Shown here one piece after another: positions 1 to 8,358 of a stretch of 31,993 nt of DNA (the stretch's first letter is position 1; each line of letters starts with the position of its first letter). The notes beneath the pieces were generated by a model. The model worked only from the letters and a program-made list of their open reading frames with translations. It did not search any database and had not been told where the DNA came from. The stretch spans positions 1 through 31,993 of the IMG/VR virus record IMGVR_UViG_3300012953_000114; one strand, given 5' to 3'. Source of the DNA: a virus. Lineage: Duplodnaviria > Caudoviricetes. The translations under genes were made by a program, and so were the position numbers.

Positions 1-1563
1 ACCATCAAGTTTACATTTTCGAGCGAATCCTCGTCCGCCTTAAACGTTGAGACACTAAACGCGGGCGTCGTCGCGGCGGCTTTAAACGGACTCGACGCAA
101 TCCAAACGGCGGGAGGCGTGTCGGTTGATATGCTCGCGCCGGGTAAGTTTTTAATTACGGCGAAATCCGTCGGAGTAATATCCGGCGATCCGGGGGCGAA
201 CGTCGAGGGATGCGACCCGCCAAGCGCGGTCGAGGTCGTGGAGATGAGAACGGGAGATTCCGACACAGCGTCGCAATGGGTTCTTTCGTTAGCGACGACC
301 CCGGTCGCCTCTATTGCTGGCGGTAGTTGGTCGGCGGCGACGAGTGGAAGTTATAGCGGATTAAAATCGAACCTTTCTCTCTCGACGAAACAAATGCTCG
401 CGGCGGTTTCTCGTGGCGTTTCCGACTTCGAGATTGCGATCAACCATTCTGGGCAAAACCTCCACCGTTCCCCGGTTAAGATTTCCGAAACTCTCGACCC
501 TTCCGGCGCGGGTTCGTTGGCGATTACGACGCCGAACCTTTTCAGCCTTGGCGGGACGGACGTTCCGAAAGGGCAAGCAATCGCCCTTTCCGGCCTCGCG
601 TATGACGGCACAACGCTCTCGAGAGGAAGTTCCGACGTCGCGTCCGTGTTTGGACGTTCGGGCGCGGTAACGGCGACCTCGGGCGATTACACCGCCGCCC
701 AAGTTACCAACGCCCTAGATAAAACAGGCGACTCTATGTCCGGCGCGTTAGCAATGGGAACGAATAAAATCACCGGAGTCGGCGACGCGACGCTCGCTCA
801 GGACGCGGTAACAAAAACGCAACTCGACGCGAAACAAGCGACAATCGATTCGTCGGCGCGGCTCGACGCTTCTTTGATTGGTTCGAACGGTGACATTTCG
901 AATGAGGAATACGGGTATCTCGACGGCGTTTCTTCGAGCATACAATCACAGATCGACGACAAGGCGTCGTCTTATGACCTGACAACTCACACGGGCAACT
1001 ACTCGAACCCGCACTCGGTAACCGCTTCGGACGTTTCCGCCGTTCCTCTTTCCGGCGGCGTCACAATTAGCGGATCAATCACAATGGGCGACACGCTCGA
1101 CCTCGGGAGCAATTATCTATATTATGGCGTATGGTATGGCGGGCAACTTTCCGGCGACCTTAACGCAAACTCGGCAAAACTTACAAGCCTCGCCGACGGA
1201 AGCGCGAGCGGTGATTCGGTTAACTATGGACAGGTCACAGGCGAACTTGCTCGCCAAGGAATAAACGAAGTAACCTCGACGACATATACAACCGTCGCCG
1301 GAGATGCTCGGAAGGTTGTTCGCGTCAACTCATCCGGCGACGCAACGATTACAATTCCCGCCGATGTCCACGAAGTCGGCGACGTGTTTACTATTTTTCG
1401 CAAGCAATCCGGAACCGTGACACTTGCGGAGGGTTCGGGGGTAACTCTTAACTCGGTCGGCTCTCGGCTTGAGCTTGCGAATCAATATTCAGCCGCGACG
1501 GTGATTTGTGTAACAAAGGGCGCGTCGTCCGAGTTCGACGTTGTCGGAGACTTAAAGAGTTAA
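1..1563 (+). CDS. Tail fibre / virion structural protein (5'-truncated; frame open from base 1)
   Basis: Frame 1 is open from position 1 (TIKFTFSSESSSALNVETLNAGVVAAALNGL...). Mosaic of fibre motifs: VASVFGRSGAVTATSGDYTAAQV, GDSMSGALAMGTNKITGVGD..DAVTK, HTGNYSNPHSVT, and a C-terminal TYTTVAGD...QYSAATV...VGDL module. Confidence 0.8.
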   Translation, partial: TIKFTFSSESSSALNVETLNAGVVAAALNGLDAIQTAGGVSVDMLAPGKFLITAKSVGVISGDPGANVEGCDPPSAVEVVEMRTGDSDTASQWVLSLATTPVASIAGGSWSAATSGSYSGLKSNLSLSTKQMLAAVSRGVSDFEIAINHSGQNLHRSPVKISETLDPSGAGSLAITTPNLFSLGGTDVPKGQAIALSGLAYDGTTLSRGSSDVASVFGRSGAVTATSGDYTAAQVTNALDKTGDSMSGALAMGTNKITGVGDATLAQDAVTKTQLDAKQATIDSSARLDASLIGSNGDISNEEYGYLDGVSSSIQSQIDDKASSYDLTTHTGNYSNPHSVTASDVSAVPLSGGVTISGSITMGDTLDLGSNYLYYGVWYGGQLSGDLNANSAKLTSLADGSASGDSVNYGQVTGELARQGINEVTSTTYTTVAGDARKVVRVNSSGDATITIPADVHEVGDVFTIFRKQSGTVTLAEGSGVTLNSVGSRLELANQYSAATVICVTKGASSEFDVVGDLKS

Positions 1564-1565
1564 CG

Positions 1566-2399
1566 ATGGCGATTCTTCCAGGTGTGGTCGCATCAAGTCC
1601 GGGTTACCTTTTGGACGGCATTAGCGGAGCTTATGGGGCGTATTCTCTAAGACAATTATCCGGTTCGGTTTCGAATGTTTGCCAGTGCATTCGAGACAGC
1701 GACTCAGCGACTCAAGACTTTACCGCCGCCGAGCTAACAGACGGAACGCTTACGGATTTTGGTTCGGGAACGAATGTAAGAATCAAGACTCTTTACGATC
1801 AATCGGGAAGTAATCACGCGACACAGTCGACCCTGTTATCTTGTCCGAGCGTTGTAATTTCCGGAACCTCACAAGTCGATTCGAGCGGGTTACCTTGGAT
1901 GAACTTCGACGGTTCAAACGATTTTATTCCTCTATCGAGTGCATTACCTAACATCGACAAAGGAAATTGTTCATCTTTTGCGGTTGGAAAATTCGATTCG
2001 ACGGTTGCCGCCGGAACAAACAAACTCGAGTCGATCCTTAGTTTAGGAACTGGAGGTAGTGCGCGGTGGAATATTTCAGCATACGACGGCGATTTTGTTT
2101 TTGCTTATGCTTCATCGTGGAACGCACACACGGAAACGCAAGACACAAACGCACACGTTTTCACACAGATAGCCGGAACGACTCAAGGCGATTGGAAATG
2201 TTTTATTGATGGAACCGAAAAAGATTCCGCGACACTTACAAGCGGAGGAACGTCGGGGACTTATGGAATCGGCGGCATTTATAACACTTGGCAATATGAG
2301 CTCGACGGTAAGGTTCAAGAGGTAATCGTTTTCGACTCAGACCAGTCATCAAACCGCGCCGCAATCGAAGCCGACATAATGGGATATTATAACTTATGA
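1566..2399 (+). CDS. Tail-associated lectin / concanavalin-A-like domain protein (putative receptor binding)
   Basis: ATG at 1566 just after the previous stop. AYSLRQL...IRDSDSATQDF...KTLYDQSGSNHATQ...FDGSND...GKVQEVIVF pattern typical of phage LamG/ConA-like proteins. Confidence 0.65.
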   Translation: MAILPGVVASSPGYLLDGISGAYGAYSLRQLSGSVSNVCQCIRDSDSATQDFTAAELTDGTLTDFGSGTNVRIKTLYDQSGSNHATQSTLLSCPSVVISGTSQVDSSGLPWMNFDGSNDFIPLSSALPNIDKGNCSSFAVGKFDSTVAAGTNKLESILSLGTGGSARWNISAYDGDFVFAYASSWNAHTETQDTNAHVFTQIAGTTQGDWKCFIDGTEKDSATLTSGGTSGTYGIGGIYNTWQYELDGKVQEVIVFDSDQSSNRAAIEADIMGYYNL

Positions 2400-2650
2400 G
2401 CTTCTTAATATTTAACAACGAAAGCGAAGCGAGGCAACGAAGCGAAGACGCCGGAAAAGCCGCGAACCTTGGTTTTCATTCCGGCGATCCCGACGGGTGT
2501 CGTTATGTGTGGCCAATAATAAACGAGTCCGGAGAAAACCCGCGATCGGCTCTTGATCTCGAGGGAATGCTTAACCTTTTAACAGAACAAGAGAACGAAC
2601 AAATAGTCGAAGAACTTCCGAGCGATTGGACGAACCACGTCGACCCGTGA
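2396..2650 (+). CDS. Small acidic protein, possible fibre chaperone
   Basis: ATGA overlap with the upstream lectin gene; position after fibre genes. Confidence 0.5.
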   Translation: MSFLIFNNESEARQRSEDAGKAANLGFHSGDPDGCRYVWPIINESGENPRSALDLEGMLNLLTEQENEQIVEELPSDWTNHVDP

Positions 2651-2754
2651 TCCTCTTATTCCTACTTATCAGTTTTATATTTCATTCATGCATCGCGTAT
2701 TTAATCGCGGTCGCCTTGATCCTTTTCTCTTCAACTAAAACCAATGTCTCCTAA
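2647..2754 (+). CDS. 35-aa hydrophobic membrane peptide (holin/antiholin candidate), not in the ORF track
   Basis: GTGA overlap with the previous stop. Translates MILLFLLISFIFHSCIAYLIAVALILFSSTKTNVS. Lies at the start of the lysis module. Confidence 0.45.
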   Translation: MILLFLLISFIFHSCIAYLIAVALILFSSTKTNVS

Positions 2755-2803
2755 TTTTTTAAGAAGTCGCCGCCGGGTTTCACGCCCTCGGAGTTACCCA
2801 ATT

Positions 2804-3118
2804 ATGAACGCATTAATTCGCCCCCTAATGAAATTCGCCCATTCAAAAATTGGATGGTTCGTTAACAAAATCTCGATCGGCGTCTCCGGTTGGTTGCTCT
2901 CGGTTGGCATCGATTCGGGCGAAATCGTTTATCAGATAGTCGCCGGCATTGGCGCGTTATTGTTCCTCGCGATCGAGTTCGGCGTTAAGTTACTCGCCGA
3001 CCGATTCGTCGACGACTTTCAACATAAACACGGATTAACCGTCGACTCGTGGCCGGGACACAAAACAAGACTCGCAACCGGAGTCGAGAAAGCTCCCGTT
3101 TACATACAACCAGATTAA
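2804..3118 (+). CDS. Membrane protein of the lysis module (holin-like) with a C-terminal PG-binding-like motif
   Basis: Likely start ATG 2804. Two hydrophobic segments followed by FQHKHGLTVDSWPGHKT. Confidence 0.55.
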   Translation: MNALIRPLMKFAHSKIGWFVNKISIGVSGWLLSVGIDSGEIVYQIVAGIGALLFLAIEFGVKLLADRFVDDFQHKHGLTVDSWPGHKTRLATGVEKAPVYIQPD

Positions 3119-3121
3119 TAT

Positions 3122-3334
3122 ATGAAATACCTTATTCTCTTAATCCTTGTCGCGACTCTCTCAGGTTGCGGAATTTCCGCCGATCTCGGTCGGCAAATCG
3201 GCGACCCTTCCGCCTCGTTCGTAGCCGGAGCGCGGCGCGGCGTTGGCGTCGAGGTAAAGACCCGGACACACGCCGCCGGAGGTATTGTGTTCATTCGCCG
3301 ACTTAACGAAACGCTCGAAGTCGAGCCGGAATAA
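3122..3334 (+). CDS. Small lipoprotein (o-spanin-like candidate)
   Basis: Signal peptide MKYLILLILVAT followed by lipobox LSG-C. Confidence 0.6.
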   Translation: MKYLILLILVATLSGCGISADLGRQIGDPSASFVAGARRGVGVEVKTRTHAAGGIVFIRRLNETLEVEPE

Positions 3335-3910
3335 ATGAGCGAGCTATTGCCAGCGGAACGCCCGCACCTCGGGCGAGAACTGGCGAGAGCTTGTGTTTTC
3401 CGCCATCTCGGCGAAGATGCCGACGACGAGGTTACCTTGCTCGGCGTTCGAGGGTATTATTTAAACTCGCTCGGTTCACCTGGTCGGAACGATCGAGGCA
3501 TTTACGACGACGCGTTTTTCATCCTTTCCCCTCATACGTTTACATCGTTTAACGGCAACACCGACCCGAGCGGGTCACGGAAGGGAAGCGGAACGGGAAA
3601 CAAAAAAGGGATGGCGGTTCTCGATCCGGGCGTGTGGCGATATAAGCCGGGATTACATCGCGGAAAATATAAAGCATTTCGACAAGCAAACGAGGTAACC
3701 GTTACCCGCGACGGCGATCCGCCTTATCAGTCGACCGGATGGTTCGGAATTAATATCCATCGCGGAGGGATCACGACCACGTCGAGCGCGGGATGTCAAA
3801 CACTCCCGCCGAATCAATGGGAACTCTTTCGCGACGTGTTAAATCACGAACTCGAACACCACGGGCAAAGCTCATTTAATTACTTACTAGTTGAGGGGGC
3901 GGATTCGTGA
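3335..3910 (+). CDS. Putative endolysin with an L,D-transpeptidase (YkuD)-like His/Cys motif
   Basis: GINIHRGG...SSAGCQT matches the HxG-x(n)-SxGC catalytic pattern. Flanked by membrane and lipoprotein genes. Confidence 0.65.
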   Translation: MSELLPAERPHLGRELARACVFRHLGEDADDEVTLLGVRGYYLNSLGSPGRNDRGIYDDAFFILSPHTFTSFNGNTDPSGSRKGSGTGNKKGMAVLDPGVWRYKPGLHRGKYKAFRQANEVTVTRDGDPPYQSTGWFGINIHRGGITTTSSAGCQTLPPNQWELFRDVLNHELEHHGQSSFNYLLVEGADS

Positions 3911-4218
3911 CGGTAAAAACCAACGGCGAGAACGTGGTAAAGCTTCCGCGATGGTTTGCCGTTACCATTCTCTCGGGCGCGGTTAGTTTTGCCGGGTTCG
4001 CCGTTTCGGTCATATCAAACAACGCTCGCGAATCTCTCGAGATTAAACGCAACGCCGCCCGCGTCGATACGAACGCCGCCCATTTATCAAAACACGCCGC
4101 CGATATTAACGACATTAAAACAGACGTCGCGGTTATACGAACCAAGCAAGAGGGAACCGACGAGGCTCTCGACCGAATCGAGGTGAGACAAAACGCAATC
4201 CTCGAAAAACTGGATTAA
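3907..4218 (+). CDS. Single-TM coiled-coil protein (i-spanin/holin-like)
   Basis: TM segment WFAVTILSGAVSFAGFAVSVI followed by a heptad-rich coiled coil; GTGA overlap with the endolysin. Confidence 0.55.
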   Translation: MTVKTNGENVVKLPRWFAVTILSGAVSFAGFAVSVISNNARESLEIKRNAARVDTNAAHLSKHAADINDIKTDVAVIRTKQEGTDEALDRIEVRQNAILEKLD

Positions 4219-4406
4219 TCCTTTTTTCTAACCTTACGAGGTTCGCCCGTTTCAAAGGTTGCGCCCTCTTTGAACCACTCCGCAATGATAGCGCGGAGAT
4301 ATTGGTTCCGGCTCATTCCGGCGGCGTCGGCAAGTTTCTCGAGGCGTTTCTTTTCGGCGGGTGGAAGCGTTACGGTTACATTTGTTTTATCTTGTGGGAT
4401 TGGCAT
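4215..4406 (-). CDS. RHH (CopG/Arc-like) DNA-binding protein, putative immunity repressor
   Basis: NVTVTLPPAEKKRLEKLADAAGMSRNQYLRAII is a classic RHH pattern. Only leftward gene at the AT-rich divergent switch. Confidence 0.8.
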   Translation of the reverse strand: MPIPQDKTNVTVTLPPAEKKRLEKLADAAGMSRNQYLRAIIAEWFKEGATFETGEPRKVRKKD

Positions 4407-4444
4407 TTAAGGGAAGTCATTAACTTTTTATTGTGGGTAACCCG

Positions 4445-4472
4445 ATAATAGGTATCCCCCTCGGTTAAGCAA
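4445..4472 (-). promoter_or_regulatory. Leftward sigma70-like promoter for the RHH repressor
   Basis: Minus strand reads TTGCTT-N16-TATTAT; the spacer carries the AGGTATCCCCCT box. Confidence 0.5.
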
Positions 4473-4598
4473 TTACTTTTTACTTAATAAGAGCTTAACG
4501 TCGTGTTTTTCCGATTGGATTTAATTAATTCCATTAATTACAAAAAAGTTTAATTATTGTTATTGATTCTTAATCTCATTAAATGATAAGCGTTGCTC

Positions 4599-4736
4599 AT
4601 GAGCAAACCCCCTAAATCGATAAAAATCTCTATTCCTCTTTCTCATTTTTCGAAGATTAAAGCCGAATCAAAGAAAATCGGCGTTTCGATTTCGGGATTT
4701 TTGCGGAAAATAATCCGCTCGAAGCTCGAAAAATAA
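4599..4736 (+). CDS. 45-aa RHH protein (Cro-position regulator), not in the ORF track
   Basis: MSKPPKSIKISIPLSHFSKIKAESKKIGVSISGFLRKIIRSKLEK: alternating beta strand, helix, GxS turn, helix. Confidence 0.7.
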   Translation: MSKPPKSIKISIPLSHFSKIKAESKKIGVSISGFLRKIIRSKLEK

Positions 4737-4839
4737 AGGGTTCCAGCTAAGACGCCCGACGATCGGGTAAATTTAATTTGCATATCTTAAGTATTGTTTA
4801 GTTATTAGTGATTAACTTTTACTTAACAATTACTTGGAA

Positions 4840-5028
4840 ATGCAAAAAGACGAAAAAGTTCCGGTCATGGTTTCGAAGGAAGTCCGCCGGAAGATAAAAC
4901 TTATCGCCGCCGACGAAGGTCGCCGGATGCCGGACGTCGTCCGCGACATCGTCCAGTTATACCTCGACGGAGATCGCAAGCTTAAAGTTCAAACCGACAC
5001 AGTCGACCCGCCGTTCCTCGGTTATTAA
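4840..5028 (+). CDS. RHH-like DNA-binding protein
   Basis: VPVMVSKEVRRKIKLIAADEGRRMPDVVRDIVQLYL RHH pattern; ATG at 4840. Confidence 0.7.
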   Translation: MQKDEKVPVMVSKEVRRKIKLIAADEGRRMPDVVRDIVQLYLDGDRKLKVQTDTVDPPFLGY

Positions 5029-5029
5029 T

Positions 5030-5290
5030 ATGAACGCGCGAACAATAGCCGAAGAAATAGTAACCCGGACTCGAGCCGGGATAAACCGCGTTTACAAACC
5101 TGTCCGGGTCGATCTCGGGATTCGGGAATATGACGCTTTAAGATCGATCTACACGAAGTCGAGTCCCAACACGGAACCGCACGTCCTTGGCCTTCCTGTT
5201 CATCCTTCGCCGTCCGTTTCGCTCGTTAAGGTTCGCGGTCGTCGAGTCAACACTGGGAGCGGTCGATCGAAAAACAAGCCGAAACAATGA
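5030..5290 (+). CDS. Hypothetical early protein
   Basis: Tightly packed ORF in the early operon. Confidence 0.55.
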   Translation: MNARTIAEEIVTRTRAGINRVYKPVRVDLGIREYDALRSIYTKSSPNTEPHVLGLPVHPSPSVSLVKVRGRRVNTGSGRSKNKPKQ

Positions 5291-5523
5291 CTCGACTTTT
5301 TACCGTGGTCGAGGTCGGCGAATTGCTTCAAATCCCGCCGGAAAAAGTCCTCGTTTTTATCCGAAACCACCAACTCGCCGCCGTCCGTCTTAGTCCGCAA
5401 ACGATCCGCGTCGAACCCGCCGCCCTCGAAACTTTCATTCAGAAAAAACGAACAATAAAAAACAATGCAAATAATAGACAAGATAAGAGAAGAACGGAAA
5501 ACCGCCTCGAGGTTATTCGATAA
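5287..5523 (+). CDS. Excisionase-like HTH protein (HTH_17/MerR-like)
   Basis: LFTVVEVGELLQIPPEKVLVFIRNHQLAAVRLSPQTIRVEPAALETFI matches the Xis-type HTH pattern. Confidence 0.75.
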   Translation: MTRLFTVVEVGELLQIPPEKVLVFIRNHQLAAVRLSPQTIRVEPAALETFIQKKRTIKNNANNRQDKRRTENRLEVIR

Positions 5524-5833
5524 GTTCGACCACTATCGGAAACTTACCGCGATCGCTTTCGGCGGGTTCTTTGTAACTCTTCTCGTCGGATGGTGGCCGA
5601 ATTGCTTATTCGTCGGCGCGGTTTCCTTTGTCCTCGCGTTTATCGCTAACCATTACGGAAACAAAAGTTTTTATCACTGGCGCAAAGCGCAAAACCTTGC
5701 GCGGGTTTTGGCTGAAAGACTCAAAGAAGCGCGACCGGAGTCGGGAATGCAATCGGAAGAGAGTTCCGAGGGGGGGCGACTTATGAGTGTGGCACGTCCT
5801 ATTGTCGAACACCCGACCCGGTTAGCGCGATAA
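5465..5833 (+). CDS. Hypothetical membrane protein (2 TM)
   Basis: Hydrophobic hairpin LTAIAFGGFFVTLLVGWWPNCLFVGAVSFVLAFIA. Confidence 0.55.
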   Translation: MQIIDKIREERKTASRLFDKFDHYRKLTAIAFGGFFVTLLVGWWPNCLFVGAVSFVLAFIANHYGNKSFYHWRKAQNLARVLAERLKEARPESGMQSEESSEGGRLMSVARPIVEHPTRLAR

Positions 5834-6127
5834 ATGACACCGGATAAAGAGGGCTTAAGGGTTCGCGGTTATCGAACGGAACCCCGGTATCGAGGCGCGG
5901 CGAAACACTTTCTCGTCGTCGCCATTAACGGCGCGGGAGGTTTGCCGCTATCGATCTTCGAGATACATCTCGACGACTACCAAACCGACGCCCTTCAACG
6001 GAAAGCAAGTCTCGACAACGGCGCGGCGAACGTGATTCTCCGCAAGGTAACAAAAGGGCAAATCGAAAAGGCGAAACAAGGCGAAACGCTTCTCGCCTCA
6101 GAAATAATGAAGGAGGTCGGGGAATGA
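5834..6127 (+). CDS. Hypothetical protein
   Basis: Coupled ORF with ATGA overlap into the replication gene. Confidence 0.55.
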   Translation: MTPDKEGLRVRGYRTEPRYRGAAKHFLVVAINGAGGLPLSIFEIHLDDYQTDALQRKASLDNGAANVILRKVTKGQIEKAKQGETLLASEIMKEVGE

Positions 6128-7038
6128 TTGTAATTAAAGGTTGGTCAGAAAAATTCGAATGCGCCGAATCTCGCAAGCGGGGCGACCTTCGTTGGTATAG
6201 TTGCCCGGTCGGATTGACCTCGACTGGTTACATGATACTCGCCGGAATCGAGGGAGGGTTTGGCGCGTTCGGAATATTCCAAGCGATTTGCCAACTTCAC
6301 GCCGACAAATCCCCCCGCGAACAACGACTCGAGGGGATCGTTTCCCGAGGCGACGGAACCCCTCTTTCGCTCGAAATGGTTCGGGTTCACCTTCGAGCAA
6401 CTAAAAAACAACTCGACGACGCACTTAAGATTCTTACTTCGGAGGATGTCGGCTGGATCGCCCATAAAATAAAGGATTCCCACGAGACGCCCACGACGCG
6501 CCCAAGCGACGCCCACGAGACGCCCAAGCAACGCCCAAGCAACGCCCGCCACAGTACAGTACAGTACAAGACAGTACAAGATAATACACAAACCGGGGGC
6601 GACGCCGACGCGGGTGTGTGTTTAAAGATCATCGAGAATGTAAGCAAGGCTTACGGATCGCCATCGAGCCGGGTTAGTGCCGAGGCCAAGAGGGAATTAT
6701 GGGAAGCTAACAAGACGCAAGCTTTCACCGACGACGACCTTACTCTCGTCGTTCGGTTTATTCGAAAGCATCGCGCCGGGAAATTCGGCAATAACGCGCC
6801 GAAAATCGCTCAGAGCGCGTCGAGGGCGATCGCCGGGTTCGTTGAGCTTCTCGCCCGCGCCGAGGCGCACAAGGCCGACGTAGAGCCTTACAAAGCACCT
6901 CCGGCCATGAAGTCGCCGGAACCCGAAGAGATTTCCGAAGAGTCGAGGAAAGAGATCGCCGCCGAACTCAAACAATTAAAACACAAACTTAAGCAACCAA
7001 ACGCCGAACCCATAAAAAAAGATGCAACGAACGCTTAA
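6124..7038 (+). CDS. Phage replication initiator (lambda O-like architecture)
   Basis: N-terminal IKGWSEKFE...W domain, central low-complexity linker encoded by tandem repeats, helical C-terminal domain; early-operon position. Confidence 0.65.
   Translation: MIVIKGWSEKFECAESRKRGDLRWYSCPVGLTSTGYMILAGIEGGFGAFGIFQAICQLHADKSPREQRLEGIVSRGDGTPLSLEMVRVHLRATKKQLDDALKILTSEDVGWIAHKIKDSHETPTTRPSDAHETPKQRPSNARHSTVQYKTVQDNTQTGGDADAGVCLKIIENVSKAYGSPSSRVSAEAKRELWEANKTQAFTDDDLTLVVRFIRKHRAGKFGNNAPKIAQSASRAIAGFVELLARAEAHKADVEPYKAPPAMKSPEPEEISEESRKEIAAELKQLKHKLKQPNAEPIKKDATNA
6479..6580 (+). repeat. Iteron-like origin: six 11-bp tandem repeats followed by ACAGT repeats
   Basis: CCCACGAGACG/CCCACGACGCG/CCCAAGCGACG/CCCACGAGACG/CCCAAGCAACG/CCCAAGCAACG at 6479-6544, then ACAGTACAGTACAGTACAAGACAGTACAAG. 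Confidence 0.75.
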
Positions 7039-7306
7039 TTTATTCGCTCCACCAATTCCACGAACCCGAAAGCTCGCTCGAGATCGGGCAAATTCTAGGG
7101 GGTCGCAAGTCGTCGAAAAGATACTCGCGGAGCTTGAGCGGAACCCCTCACAAACCGCCGACGAAATCGCCGCCGCGATCGACGAGAACTTTCTCTCGGT
7201 TCGTCCTCGGGTTTCCGAACTCCATAGAGCCGGAGTTCTTGAGGCAACCGGGACAAGACGGAACGCGTCCGGCTCTCCGGCTAAAACATGGAGGGTTAGA
7301 AAATGA
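7022..7306 (+). CDS. Winged-helix DNA-binding protein
   Basis: QTADEIAAAIDENFLSVRPRVSELHRAGVLEATGTRRNASGSPAKTW wHTH pattern. Confidence 0.75.
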   Translation: MQRTLNLFAPPIPRTRKLARDRANSRGSQVVEKILAELERNPSQTADEIAAAIDENFLSVRPRVSELHRAGVLEATGTRRNASGSPAKTWRVRK

Positions 7307-7575
7307 TCGTTTTCGAAATCGACGCTCGAGCGATTTTCGCTTCGGCTTTTACCGCCGCCGGACTTCCGACCCGATCGTTCGACCGATATTTCGAATTACT
7401 CTTAAAGCATCGCGAACACGGTCAAGAGTTCGAGACATACATAACAACCAAACGCGCACACGAGGCGAACAAAGTCGCGGTCGAGTTTTGCCAAACGCTC
7501 AAAAAGTTTCGCGACTTCAATATCGATTTTTTAGACCAACTAAACCAAACCAAACCAACAACCGAAAATGATTAG
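7303..7575 (+). CDS. Hypothetical protein
   Basis: Overlap-coupled ORF in the early operon. Confidence 0.55.
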   Translation: MIVFEIDARAIFASAFTAAGLPTRSFDRYFELLLKHREHGQEFETYITTKRAHEANKVAVEFCQTLKKFRDFNIDFLDQLNQTKPTTEND

Positions 7576-7888
7576 TTTAAGTATCGACGTTACCGAACTC
7601 AGAAAAGACCGATTCCGGAAGCTCACAAACTCAAAGGGGAAGGAGTGCGTTTATCTCGATCTTACTTTGATCGATACGCCTAACTCGAAATATGGCGACC
7701 ATTATTTCGCCGTCCAAAAGTCGAGCAAAGAGGAACGCGACAACGGACTCGACCTCCCGATTCTCGGCAACGCGAAAGACTGGACTCGCGTCGATCAAGA
7801 GCAAATGCAAACGACCCCGCTCCCGGCTCTCGATCAAAGTCCGCCAGCAATCACGCCGACCGCCGACGACGACGACATTCCGTTTTAA
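7568..7888 (+). CDS. Single-stranded DNA-binding-like protein
   Basis: Beta-rich N-terminus, disordered linker and acidic C-terminal DDDDIPF tail. Confidence 0.65.
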   Translation: MISLSIDVTELRKDRFRKLTNSKGKECVYLDLTLIDTPNSKYGDHYFAVQKSSKEERDNGLDLPILGNAKDWTRVDQEQMQTTPLPALDQSPPAITPTADDDDIPF

Positions 7889-7908
7889 TCCGTAACCAAT
7901 AAAAACCA

Positions 7909-8352
7909 ATGAATAAAAACACACTCACCGAACCCGAAACCGTTTTCGCTGGCGACCTTGTGCGCGGCGGAAAATGGGTCGAGGTCGAAGTCGAAATCGC
8001 GAAAGTCTCGCCACCTGGAAAATTTAAATTCTCGAACGGAAAGACGGTCGACCGTCCTTGCATCGAGTTCACTTCGTCGCCAAACGAGGGAACGATTCCG
8101 GGGCGCGAGAACGCGATTCGCTTCGTCCCTTGCTCGACTCAAGTTTTGCTCCTTCGCTTTATGTGGGACTCCGCAAGCGCGGCGGATTGGGTCGGGCGAA
8201 AAATCAAGCTTTACGTCGCCCGCGTCAAAGCTCCCGGTCGCGGACTTTCTCCCGCGATCCGAATCCGTTCCGTTGTGCCAATCAACAACCTCCCTTTCAA
8301 GATATGGAAACAACTCGGGGAAGACCTGACAGGAAAAAAAAACAGCGAATAA
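7909..8352 (+). CDS. Recombination-associated protein adjacent to the RecE-like nuclease (possible ssDNA-binding/annealing)
   Basis: AGDL...VEIAKV...P.IEF...DWVGRKIKLY...AIRIR pattern recalled from phage proteins found beside DUF3799 nucleases. Confidence 0.5.
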   Translation: MNKNTLTEPETVFAGDLVRGGKWVEVEVEIAKVSPPGKFKFSNGKTVDRPCIEFTSSPNEGTIPGRENAIRFVPCSTQVLLLRFMWDSASAADWVGRKIKLYVARVKAPGRGLSPAIRIRSVVPINNLPFKIWKQLGEDLTGKKNSE

Positions 8353-8358
8353 AAACCA

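Larger units (their letters stand above)
4407..4839. promoter_or_regulatory. AT-rich divergent switch (immunity) region
   Basis: Sharp drop in GC content between divergent RHH genes. TTTTACTTAA is repeated at 4478-4487 and 4817-4826. Confidence 0.65.

Noticed and set aside
1222-1253. AACTATG as another late-promoter copy
   Set aside because: No (T/G)ANNNT hexamer at the 19-nt spacing and no downstream start; lies inside the fibre gene.
6479-6544. CRISPR or mini-array
   Set aside because: Contiguous 11-bp units with no spacers, located in coding sequence; no cas genes.
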